Source: Histomonas meleagridis 2922-C6/04-290x (lineage: Eukaryota; Protista; Parabasalia). Taken from it: a stretch of DNA of 64,000 nt. A model generated the notes under the pieces. It was not told the DNA's origin. It made no database searches and was given only the letters and a program-made list of their open reading frames with translations. Below are positions 34,452 to 45,200 of this stretch, in pieces. The position numbers and the translations under genes are program-made. The stretch spans positions 1 through 64,000 of the forward strand of contig JAANOX010000239.1 of NCBI GenBank assembly GCA_020184695.1, in the 5' to 3' direction. How positions within the stretch are numbered: position 1 is the stretch's first letter; each line of letters starts with the position of its first letter.

Positions 34452-36377
34452 ATGCTAAAGATTGAACCTCCTTTTTGGTGGGCAGGTATGAAAGACAAAG
34501 AATGCCAGCTCATGATATATGGTGAAGGAATTTCAAAGTACACCAATATTGAAATAAGTAATCCAAATATTAAAATTTTAAGCATTGTCACATTAACCAG
34601 TCCAAACTACTTGATTATATACATTGACACATCGCTTTCAGGTCCATGCAAATTTACAATAAAGTTATCGTCCAATACAGAAATATCATTTGAAATCGAA
34701 TATGAACTCAAACAAAGACAACATAGAGATAACCCCAAAGGGTTTAGTTCATCAGATGTTTTATATCTTATTATGGTTGATCGATTTTCCAAAGGGCGTA
34801 GTATTGATTATGGTGATCTAGAAATCCCTAAAAAAGAAGAAGAAGAAGAATCAAATGCCAACAGTGATGAAGCTAATGATGAGTCCGAAGAGCAAATAAC
34901 AGAACAAGAAACATCAGAAAACATCAAAGAAGAATCCACGCCATTCCATGATCCAAACTTCCCTTCTATCCACAGCCAATACACTGTTAACAGGAATGAT
35001 CCTGACTCACGTCATGGTGGTGACTTTCAAGGAATCATTGATCATCTTGATTATCTTTCCGATTTAGGTGTAACAGCTTTATGGCTTACACCTGTTTTTA
35101 CTAATGATATGCCCGGAGGGTCATACCATGGATATGCTTCCACCGATTTTTATCACACTGATCCTCGGTTTGGCAGCATCAACGATTTTTGTTCACTTAT
35201 CTCGTCAGCGCATCAAAAGGGCATCAAAATCGTCATGGACCAAGTGTTCAATCATTGCGGCTCTAAACATGTTTGGCGTATTGATACTCCTTCGCGTGAT
35301 TGGTTTAACTTTCCTGATTCCAAAGTCCAAACCACGCATGAGATTCCTGTTCTTTTATCTCCATATTCAAGTGAGATCGATAAGCGCGAATTTAATGATG
35401 GTTTCTTTGTTGAGGCTATGCCTGATTTAAATCAACGTAATGTTCATCTTAAGAAATATCTTATTCAGAATAGTATTTGGTGGATAGAAAATTGTTGTCT
35501 TGATGGTATTCGTCAAGATACATATCCATATTGTGATCAATCTATGATGTGTGAATGGGTATCACATATTGAGGATGAATATCCTTGGTTTAATATAGTC
35601 GGAGAATGTTGGGTTGAGAATACATTAGGATCAGCATGTTGGCAACGCGGTAGTAATCACTTTAGTCCAATACGAAGTAATCTTCGTACTGTTATGGATT
35701 TTTCATTTACAAAACTTATCCATGACGCAACACATAATGAAACTGATCATGATAATGGCCTTTGGTTATTATATCGTCTCCTTAATTATGATTTTATTTA
35801 TCCCGATATAAAACATGTTTTAAGATTTTTGGATAACCATGATACAAATCGATTCTTAATCGAAACACCAAAAGATCTTTTTGCTTATAAAATCGGGGTG
35901 ACATTATTACTTACGTTACCAGGTATACCACAATTATATTACGGAACTGAGATTTTAATGTCCGGCGTAAAAAATATCTCCGATGGGTACGTTCGAAAAG
36001 ATTTTCCTGGTGGATGGAAAACAGATAAAATAAATTGCTTCGATGAAAATGGAAGAAATGATTTACAAAATGAAGCATTCGATTTTATAAGAAATTTGTT
36101 GAAATGGAGAAAAGGTAAAAAAGTAATTGCAAAGGGAGAAATGAAACATTTTAGAGTAACAAATGGTATATACGTATACGAAAGAAAATATAAAAAAGAT
36201 AAAGTGATTGTAATATGTAATGGAACAAGTGAAACAAAGAAAATGTTGTTAGAGAGATATAACGAGGTCTTAGGTGACGTGGAAAAGGCAACGGATGTAA
36301 TTACAAAGAAAGTAATAGAGTTGAATGAAAAGGAACTTGTCTTGGAACCCAAACAATTACTAGTTTTGGAAATTTAA
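34452..36377 (+). CDS. GH13 alpha-amylase / cyclomaltodextrinase-neopullulanase (SusA-like, Bacteroidetes type), 641 aa
   Basis: IEPPFWWAGM N-domain, YLIMVDRF, GGDFQGIIDHLDYLSDLGVTALWLTP, YHGYASTD, catalytic DGIRQDTYPY / VGECW / FLDNHD and GIPQLYYGTEI. Confidence 0.92.
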   Translation: MLKIEPPFWWAGMKDKECQLMIYGEGISKYTNIEISNPNIKILSIVTLTSPNYLIIYIDTSLSGPCKFTIKLSSNTEISFEIEYELKQRQHRDNPKGFSSSDVLYLIMVDRFSKGRSIDYGDLEIPKKEEEEESNANSDEANDESEEQITEQETSENIKEESTPFHDPNFPSIHSQYTVNRNDPDSRHGGDFQGIIDHLDYLSDLGVTALWLTPVFTNDMPGGSYHGYASTDFYHTDPRFGSINDFCSLISSAHQKGIKIVMDQVFNHCGSKHVWRIDTPSRDWFNFPDSKVQTTHEIPVLLSPYSSEIDKREFNDGFFVEAMPDLNQRNVHLKKYLIQNSIWWIENCCLDGIRQDTYPYCDQSMMCEWVSHIEDEYPWFNIVGECWVENTLGSACWQRGSNHFSPIRSNLRTVMDFSFTKLIHDATHNETDHDNGLWLLYRLLNYDFIYPDIKHVLRFLDNHDTNRFLIETPKDLFAYKIGVTLLLTLPGIPQLYYGTEILMSGVKNISDGYVRKDFPGGWKTDKINCFDENGRNDLQNEAFDFIRNLLKWRKGKKVIAKGEMKHFRVTNGIYVYERKYKKDKVIVICNGTSETKKMLLERYNEVLGDVEKATDVITKKVIELNEKELVLEPKQLLVLEI

Positions 36378-36820
36378 TGAAAAAAATCGTTTTACATGAA
36401 ATGAAAGTAGTAAAATGTTTTATCTTTGATCTGTTGAAAATTAAACTTTATAACAAATACACTCATCATTGGGCGAAAATAAGATAAAAAGAAGAATTTT
36501 ATTATGTGTTAAAATATAGGTTTTGTTATGCACAAAAAAATATTATGTTAAATATCAATTTTATGCTTTTTTTTGAACCAGTTGAAACAAAGAATTGATT
36601 CAACTTTTTCAAATGTTTATTACATACTATCAATTTTTGAGAGTTGAAGTTGAATGAGATTTCGAATAATCTTTCGAAAAGTGCCCACGAAATTCATAAC
36701 GAAGATTAGAAGCACTTTTGAATGCGTTTCAATTACTTTTGTGTGATTTGATCGGTCAAGATCAGAATTTTTGGCTTTTTAAATGGGGGTCAGGTTGTGG
36801 GAGGCATAAAGCTTTAACAC

Positions 36821-37099
36821 ATGTCTGCTCCTGTTTCAGACCTCATTTGCGAGCTTCATTATGATATAGAAAAATACTCATTTGACCAATGCAAATCTTT
36901 TATCCAAGAAACATTAAAATCAAGACCAAAAGTTGTCCTTGGACAAAAAGTTTTAAAGATTAATTTTAAGACAGGTTATCCTGACAAAAAGGGTGATCAA
37001 CCATCTCTCCAAGAGCAAGTTATAAATTACTGCAAAGAATTAGGGTTCAATGCTCAACAAGATCAATATAACCATAAAGTTGTTCAAGTTAAACTCTAA
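36821..37099 (+). CDS. Small 92-aa protein, possibly a divergent stand-alone Smr-like domain
   Basis: Pattern LHYDIEKYSFDQCKSFIQETL...VLKINFKTG...SLQEQVINYCKELGFNAQQDQYNHKVVQVKL parallels the Smr secondary-structure order; recognised by eye only. Confidence 0.5.
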   Translation: MSAPVSDLICELHYDIEKYSFDQCKSFIQETLKSRPKVVLGQKVLKINFKTGYPDKKGDQPSLQEQVINYCKELGFNAQQDQYNHKVVQVKL

Positions 37100-37523
37100 A
37101 TAAATAAAAACTTAAATTTAAAGAAATGTCAAATCATCCTTCTAAATAATAATTATTTGATTGATTAAATTCAATTAGATTTGAACTTCTATTTTCGAAA
37201 GTATAACTTCTGTGATTATCAACACCTTGAAGTCCTGATGTGGTTCACATTGCAAAGTGCCTTGGAACATTTTTAGATTAGATTTCGAAATCAGAAAATA
37301 TCAAGAACCAAATAAGTTGTCATCAAGCTTAACTGATACAAAGATTTCATTGAAAATATGCAAATGAAAAACAAAAATTTTTATTTGATGATTTGATTCT
37401 AAAATCAAATGTTTCAATTTAAATTGTTTTGAATGCTTCGTGTGTGTGCGATTCTATAAACTTTACATTAAGTATAGTGTAAGGTTAAAATAATTGATCA
37501 AAAAACGAAATTTAAATCAAGGT

Positions 37524-38366
37524 TTATTGTTTGCTGATAATGAGTATGCCACTTATATCAAATCTTTTAAGGTAAATTGACAGGTTATTTATGTGATTTG
37601 TTCCAGTCATTACAAATTTGAAATATCTATAATATCCAGGATCTGAAACTTTGAAGGTTGCCACAGCGTCCTCCCTTTCAAGGTCTTTATTTGATGCCTG
37701 TGTATCAAGGTTTATCTTGAAATTACTTTTATCATTTGATCCATATAATGCCCATGAAGAAGGACCTCCTTGTGCCTTTTGGTTGAGTTTTGGTGGTCCC
37801 CATAATGTGTATGAAGTTAATTTAACCTTTAAAAAGTGTGGGAGTCCAATGATAATTGATGTATTTTGACTTGGAGAAGAGACAAAATAAGATGTTTCTT
37901 TGAAATCAAAGAGGTTAAGAATGTCGAATTCCTTCTTTGACGAAGGGTTGGAAGCCTCAGCAAATATCAAATTGTATTGTAATGGATTTAAATATTCTTG
38001 AGAACCACCAGATGTTGCAATCTTTTCTATAATATTCTCAACAATGAGGTCGGATTCATTTTGTGTTGAAGGAGATGCAATTGCTGATATATACTTTAGT
38101 AATTGTTCCTTAAAAAGTGTTGGAGTCAAAACTAAATTTGCGCGTAATTGAAGAAGAAGTTCATCTTGTCTGCGGATCCAACTTTTAAGAATATTAACAG
38201 CGAATTCATCTGGTAACCAAGTTGCATCTTGAACGAGCTTAATTTGATAGATGTCAAAATTCATAAAATTAATTGATTGGCATGCATTAGCTCCTTCTTC
38301 GACTGTCATTTCTTTCTTGACAACCTTACCGTTAATTTCCTTAAAGTTCTCGAAGTCAGAGCTCAT
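37524..38366 (-). CDS. F5/8 type C (discoidin/galactose-binding-like) domain protein, likely from ATG 38366
   Basis: C-terminal LTSYTLW...PSSWALYGSND...YYRYFKFVMTGTNH...LKRFDISG, typical of the expanded parabasalid family. Confidence 0.7.
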   Translation of the reverse strand: MSSDFENFKEINGKVVKKEMTVEEGANACQSINFMNFDIYQIKLVQDATWLPDEFAVNILKSWIRRQDELLLQLRANLVLTPTLFKEQLLKYISAIASPSTQNESDLIVENIIEKIATSGGSQEYLNPLQYNLIFAEASNPSSKKEFDILNLFDFKETSYFVSSPSQNTSIIIGLPHFLKVKLTSYTLWGPPKLNQKAQGGPSSWALYGSNDKSNFKINLDTQASNKDLEREDAVATFKVSDPGYYRYFKFVMTGTNHINNLSIYLKRFDISGILIISKQ

Positions 38367-38466
38367 GAGCAAAGTGCTAATCTGAACAAAGCTTGACAAA
38401 TATGAGAAGACTTTTTTTGAAAAGAAAACGATCATAAATTGTGTACAGTAACCAAGCTAAAGGAAG

Positions 38467-38949
38467 ATGAATGCAATGTATAAAATATATCAACCAACTC
38501 CACCAAAACAATACCCGCCTTCATCAATTCCTCCAAGGGGATGGAGGCCTCTCAGAAATCCAATTAGTTTACCTCAAAATAATACAGAAAAAACTCCAAG
38601 TTCACCTGTATTAAATGAAATGTTAACATTCGAGCCACACTTACCTGTCGTTGAACAACTTCGCGCTGCTGCTGAAAAAAATTTAATCAAAAATCAATTA
38701 GCAATAGAACATCAAGAAAGAATTGACTTTTTTAAGGCAATAGTTACACCTCCAGACACACTCGAAATTCCAAGTGATCCAGTAATAGAACAAATGCAAC
38801 CGATTTCAATACATTGTGATCCATTAACACAAGAATTCACAGGAACAATGTTTTCAGTCAAAGAAACAGAACCAACACAACCAACTTCTGATGTTCAGGA
38901 AGATGAAGTTGTTTCAATGAGATTAATTAAGAATCCCAATCAGATGTGA
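38467..38949 (+). CDS. Hypothetical Pro-rich protein, 160 aa
   Basis: ATG-initiated ORF with a coding-like composition; no recognised motif. Confidence 0.55.
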   Translation: MNAMYKIYQPTPPKQYPPSSIPPRGWRPLRNPISLPQNNTEKTPSSPVLNEMLTFEPHLPVVEQLRAAAEKNLIKNQLAIEHQERIDFFKAIVTPPDTLEIPSDPVIEQMQPISIHCDPLTQEFTGTMFSVKETEPTQPTSDVQEDEVVSMRLIKNPNQM

Positions 38950-39101
38950 CAATGGCAATAAATGTTTTTGTTTTCCATCTATCTATAAAAATAGTTTTTT
39001 TTTAGTATTTCTTGTTTATCCTAATATAAAATTTTCTTCCAAATGAAGAGCCCGTTTATTTTTCAATAAAATACGTTGGGACCTTAACGTACTCACCGGG
39101 A

Positions 39102-41408
39102 ATGAATGAAAAAAAGAACGCAAAGGAATCATTATTAACAAATAACAACTCAAATGCTGACACCCAGCAAAAAGAAGCTAGTGATAAAAGGAAAAGACAT
39201 CGTAATCAAAAAGATCTTCCTAATGAAAAAAATCAAAACATAAAAAACACTAATGATATAAATAAAAAGAAAGAAGAAAACCAAAGAAAATCAAAAAACG
39301 AAGAAACAAGACAAAAAACAAATTCTTCAAACAATCAAAATAATGAAAAGAAAGGAAAACCACAGGAAAAAAGCAAACCATCACAAAATGAAAAGAAACA
39401 AAATGACAAAGGTATTAAAGTAATTCCAAAAGAAAATAACAAAATTCAGAATGAAAAAAAATTAGAAAAATCTCCACAACAGAACACTCCCAAAGATCAA
39501 AATGAAAGACGCCATGGGAAAACTTTAGGGTCAATCCCAAAACCCAATGAACAAGAACTAAAATCAAAAAATGCTGAAACAGAAAAAATTAGTTCTCGTC
39601 GCCCCAACAAAAATGCGACACTTCCTCCACCAAAAACAAATGATTCGCCCATGGACACATATCGCAGACGGAAAAACAAGATTTCAATTGATGAATATAA
39701 TCCAGAGTCACCAACTCCAATCACAGAAGAGACATCTCTCGAAGCCATGAGGAACCTTGGGATTGAAAAAGAAGAGATCATTTTACCAAGACCACGAGAA
39801 TTACATTCACTTGACAAAGAACTTCGTGAATTAGTTCTTGACCATGAAAAGAAACGAATTAATAAACTTATTGCCAAAATCAAACAAGAAAGGAAGCGAA
39901 TAATTGAAGCAGCGCAAGATGAAGCAAAACGATCTGCAAATGCATCACCAGATTCATCTATGGAGAAAGAAAGGATTTCGATGATCAAAATGGAACAAGA
40001 ACAGCTTCAAAAGATACAAAGTCGTCACAAACGAGAAGTAGAACAAATAATTGCCAACTTATTAACATATCAATTGATGCAAAAAGAAGCAGAAGAAAGA
40101 GACTTAGCGGAAGCAGAGAAACAAGAACGAATATCAGAAGAACGAAGGAAAAAGCGCGAAAATGATCAGAAAAGACATCTACAGCATTTACGCGAAATGG
40201 AAGAAAGGGAAAAAGAGAATCAGAAAAAAGAAAATGAAATGCGACAAGCGCAATATGAAAAAGAACAGAATCAAATGAAAATGCAACAACAACTTCGAGA
40301 AGAAAAAGTTCGTAAATTACGAGAACAAGAAAGAATGAAGAATGAAAAAGCAGAACAAAATCGTGAAGAATTACGGAAAAGAGAAAAAGTTAAACAAGAT
40401 ATGATACAAGAAAAGGAAAATCAAATGCAAAAACGAGAAGAAAGAAGATTACAAACACTTCGTGAAGAAAATGAGAAGAAAATGAAAGAGAAACAAATAG
40501 CTCAAGAGAAAAAGCAAAAACTTATTGAAGAAACGCGGAAAAACGAAAGAGAAATATTAGAAAATAAAAGACGTATTGTTGAAGACAAAGAAAAACAACG
40601 CGAAAAACAAATGCAACAATATAAAATTAGACAACAAGAAGAACGAGATCAATATCATAAGCAACAAGAAGATAAAATCAAAAGATATTCCGAAATGAGG
40701 GATACACTTGAACGAGAAATGATGGACAAAAAAGCAAAATCGATAACAACTAATGAGAAAATTGCTGAACGACTTCTCAAGCGCGAAAAAATGAATGAAG
40801 AAAGATCTACAAATGCACGTCTTCAAATCGGTAATATAGCTGAACGAAGACTTAAAAAAGAAGAAGAAATTCGACAAATGCAATTAAGGAGACAACAAAA
40901 AATGCATGAGCAACAATTAGAAAAAGAAAAATATATACAATTCGTGAATTATAATAAAGAAAAAGAAAGAGCTAAAAGATCAACATTGATTCGATTAAAA
41001 ATGGAAGAAAAAGAAAGAAATGCAAAACATATCGAACGACAAAGACAAATAAAACTTGAAGAAATGAATAAAAGACTTCAAGAGAAAAGTGAACAAATCG
41101 AACAACAAAAATCAATGAAAGATAAAATTCATCAAATTAGAAAATATAAATTAGAGCAATTGGAAATAAAGAAAGAACAAATGAATGATCAATTAAATGA
41201 ATTCTTGGTTAAAAATGTGGTTAATCAAGACGAATTAAGAAAGTTGGCTGATCAATATGATATAGATTTCGATGAGATACAGTCAAGAGTAAATCAAAGA
41301 AGAAGAAATACTAAGATAAGCCCTGAAAATACATCGAGATTAGGGGATAGTTTGCCGCCAGTAATAATTTCGCCAAAGCAAACAACGCCTCCTTTGAAGC
41401 CTCATTAA
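39102..41408 (+). CDS. Hypothetical charged coiled-coil (E/K/Q/R-rich) protein, 768 aa
   Basis: Long ORF with a low-complexity N-terminus and trichohyalin-like charged helices. Confidence 0.75.
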   Translation: MNEKKNAKESLLTNNNSNADTQQKEASDKRKRHRNQKDLPNEKNQNIKNTNDINKKKEENQRKSKNEETRQKTNSSNNQNNEKKGKPQEKSKPSQNEKKQNDKGIKVIPKENNKIQNEKKLEKSPQQNTPKDQNERRHGKTLGSIPKPNEQELKSKNAETEKISSRRPNKNATLPPPKTNDSPMDTYRRRKNKISIDEYNPESPTPITEETSLEAMRNLGIEKEEIILPRPRELHSLDKELRELVLDHEKKRINKLIAKIKQERKRIIEAAQDEAKRSANASPDSSMEKERISMIKMEQEQLQKIQSRHKREVEQIIANLLTYQLMQKEAEERDLAEAEKQERISEERRKKRENDQKRHLQHLREMEEREKENQKKENEMRQAQYEKEQNQMKMQQQLREEKVRKLREQERMKNEKAEQNREELRKREKVKQDMIQEKENQMQKREERRLQTLREENEKKMKEKQIAQEKKQKLIEETRKNEREILENKRRIVEDKEKQREKQMQQYKIRQQEERDQYHKQQEDKIKRYSEMRDTLEREMMDKKAKSITTNEKIAERLLKREKMNEERSTNARLQIGNIAERRLKKEEEIRQMQLRRQQKMHEQQLEKEKYIQFVNYNKEKERAKRSTLIRLKMEEKERNAKHIERQRQIKLEEMNKRLQEKSEQIEQQKSMKDKIHQIRKYKLEQLEIKKEQMNDQLNEFLVKNVVNQDELRKLADQYDIDFDEIQSRVNQRRRNTKISPENTSRLGDSLPPVIISPKQTTPPLKPH

Positions 41409-42257
41409 GAGAAAAAAACAAAATTTTATGTAAATAACATGTTATATTCTATTATTTTGTCACATAATTTTGTTTTATAAAGAATTAATTTGTTTATACA
41501 AGTTGAATACAAACAAATTTGTTTTCAGTATAGTCTTAAAATGTTACTTTTTAATACAAATCTTGCTATAATCTTATCTAAAATTGCAAGTGTTTAAAAT
41601 TTTCATCTCAGAATAATTATTGGGTAACAACTCAATTGTTACAGGGAATACATTGATTTTTTATATAAATATATTTCAGGGATTACCTTCTTTGTAACTG
41701 TATCTCTTTTTGATTGTAATGTTTTTGAGCTGATTGTAAAGAAATCAAATTTGAGAAATCCAAATAATAACCTGTTAAATCAAGAAGAGCATCAACACCA
41801 AAAGTACCATAAGTAGTACCATTTGAGTATTTAGTTTCTACAAATTTGTTTTAACATATGAAATTTTTTGTGGAAAATTCATGCCTATCGTTGTCATTTT
41901 TACAATTTATAAAATCATTATTATTAGGAACTTTAATACTAAATATTCTTCCTGATTTCAACATATTTTCATTGTCAGTGGTATCATGAATTGATTTATT
42001 TAATCTGATAATCACAGGAATACCTTTTCCCCTTCAACAATATGATTTGTAACACTGTTAACAGTTTTGTTAATATTATAATTAATGTTCTGATATTAGC
42101 GAAATAAATATAACAAAATGTAAAGGTAATTTTTTATTATGCTTGCATGGATGTTTTATATGGCTGAAACGATTCATATTATCTTAATCTTTTGGGGTTT
42201 TTATATGACACTTTTGATTGACTTTTTGAATGGCACAAGTTTTCTGCATAAGTTGAA

Positions 42258-45200
42258 ATGATTCCCAATCTTGAGCAATATATACAAAAATATCAAAAAA
42301 TAGAAGACACTTTGCTTGCATTAGAAGAAAGTAACACAGAACAAACAGTTTGTTCAGTTTTAGAATTAATTGGTAATCAATTTATCATCTCATATCTACA
42401 TGATATTATTCATTTGGTTTATTTTTCTTTCGTCAGAAAAGGAGAGAGTCCTAAAGTTTATTTAGATTTTTTAAAATTATTAAATAAAAGAGTAGAAGAA
42501 AAATTTCAAGTTCATTATAACATTATGAAAGTATTTGCATATTTTCTTTTTACAACAGAAACAAGTTTTGGTAATTATTTTCTTGAATATATGTTTGAGA
42601 ATGAATTAGCTGACCCAATTATGTTAAAGAATCAAAAAAGAGCTTATTTTTCTCATAGAGAAATTGATCCAAATTTATATGCATATGCAGGTATAAATTT
42701 TAACGAATATAAAGATTTAATGAGAAATAATTGGGAACTTCATAAGAAACTTATACATGCTGGGGTTCATTGTTCAAGAATTGAAAATATAATTCGAAAA
42801 GATGAAGTTGAAGAGCTTCAAGAAATTTCATCACAATCTAATTTTAATTTCGATCAAACCTTAACTGGGTGTTATTTCGATAGATATTCTTCAATATATA
42901 AATATAATGGTTTATCGCTCATTCAAATTGCTGCATTTTTTGGATCAATTAAATGTTTTAAATTTTTATTATTAAATAATTCTTCATTAGATAATTTAGG
43001 AGGATATGCAGTTTTAGGTGGAAATGAAGAAATCATTCATTTATGTGAACAAAATCACGTATCATTTGAAGGTGCTTATAAGGAAGCAGTTATATTTCAT
43101 CGAAATGATATATTTAATTATCTTTATGAAAATAAAATTGTTGAATTAAACAATATAACAAATTTAGGAATTGAATGTATTAAATATCATAATTATGCAA
43201 TGTTACCCTTTTTAGAAGAAAAAGGAATGGAAATCAATACATATTATTTTACACAAGAAATATTAAAAAGTGGTAATATTTTTCTTTTTAAACACTATTT
43301 AGAAAAAATTCAAATACCAGATAATATTTTAAAAACTGTAGTATCATCAGGCAATATCGAAATTGTTAAATATGTTTTACAAAATAAATATATTCAATCT
43401 TACATCAATCAATTCAAATCTAGGAAGACTAATGCTGTTTAAATATTATTTTTTGTGTTGTTTATGAATTTTTCTAGAAGCATTTATTGTTGCATGTCAA
43501 AATGGATTTACTGATATATTTAAATTTCTATTAAAACAAGAAGAATTGGAAATTTCTGCTGAAATTTATTTATATATTCTGGAGTTTGTTTTTTTAATCA
43601 GGGATTTTATAAAAATAATTTATATTGATTTAATTTATTTAATACGCTTATTAGTTATGCTTTGCAAAATTACCATTTTGAAATCGTTAAATTAATTCTA
43701 AAGAAAAATTTATGTGACTTTACTAAAGAACATGTATAACAATTTAATTTGGATTTTATTTCTTTATTTTTACCCCAACAATTATATTGGCAACTAGAAT
43801 TGGATTTGTTGAAATTGTAAAATTAATTCTTGAGCAAAAAGGTGTTGATGTTAACACATATACAGATAATAATTGTTTGATTTTTTTATCGATTTTTTAA
43901 TTTTAAAATTTATTTAAATTATTTGAAACAGCACTTTACATAGCATCTAAAAATGGTTTTACTGATATTGTTAAAATACTTCTTGAGAAACCTGAAATTG
44001 ATATTAATTTAAAGAATGCTTATTTTTTTTAATCCAAGTTTATTACAATTATAATTAGGAATTTGAATTAATTTTATTTAACACCTCTTATGATAGCATG
44101 TTTTAGATGTCATGTTGATGTTGTTGAATTACTTCTAAAACAAAAAAATATAGATATTAATTCATGTGATATTTATTTAAAGCATATAATATTTGTTTTT
44201 ATAAAATTTAGTTTAAATATATTGTTTGGGATTTATTTTTATTAATTAGAACAGCATTAATTATGTCGTGCGGAAATACATATAAAGAAATCACCAAACA
44301 ACTTTATTATGAAAAAAGTGTTGATTTAACAGAATTAAAAGTTAATACATTTTGTTCGATATTTATTACTAAAATTTGAAGTTTTTCAATTGTATATGAA
44401 GTTTAATTATTTAAATTAGAATACCCTATATTCAAGAATTTTGGGACAAATATGGTAAAATTGTAAAGATGTTACTTGAGCATAAAGAAATTAATATAAA
44501 TACACAAGATATTTATTTTTGTTTATATAAAGTTCACTTAAAATATTTTGTGTTTCATTTTTATATTTGGATATTTTTCTAATGATTTGATACAGCTTTA
44601 ATTAAATCATGTGAAAATTCTGATAGTAATATATTAAATTTACTTCTTGAATTTAAAGGCATTGATATAAATATTAAAAATGTTAGTAAAAATATTTTGA
44701 AGTTTTATAAAAATGTTTTGGATTACATAAAAATATTTGGAATTTATTTCAATTATGTCGTACTGCAATTATGAATGCAATAGAAAATGGATATATAGAA
44801 ATATTCAAAATACTTCTTGAACAAAAAGGAATTGATATTAAAAATGAAGATATTAATTTGATTTTTATCAAGTTTACTTTAATAATATGATTTTTTAAAA
44901 ACATTTTTGGAAATTATTCAAATAATTTAATACAGCACTTATGTTAGCAGCCAAAAATGGTCACGTAGAAATATTCAAAATCCTTCTTGAACAAAAAAGA
45001 ATTGATATAAATAGCAAAAATAATTATTAAATTTATATGTTATTTAAATTAATAAATTAATATATCATAAAAATATTTATAAATTATTCAAACCATTCGA
45101 AACAGCACTAATTTTAGCAACTCAGAATTATCATATAGAAATAGTTAAATTACTTCTTGAACAAGAAGGAATTGATATTAATGCTAAAGATATTTATTTG

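Noticed and set aside
41700-42030. Minus-strand coding-like remnant (GKGIPVIIRLNK...YGTFGVDALLDLTGYY)
   Set aside because: It is interrupted by stops with no start or recognisable family, so it cannot be supported as a feature.
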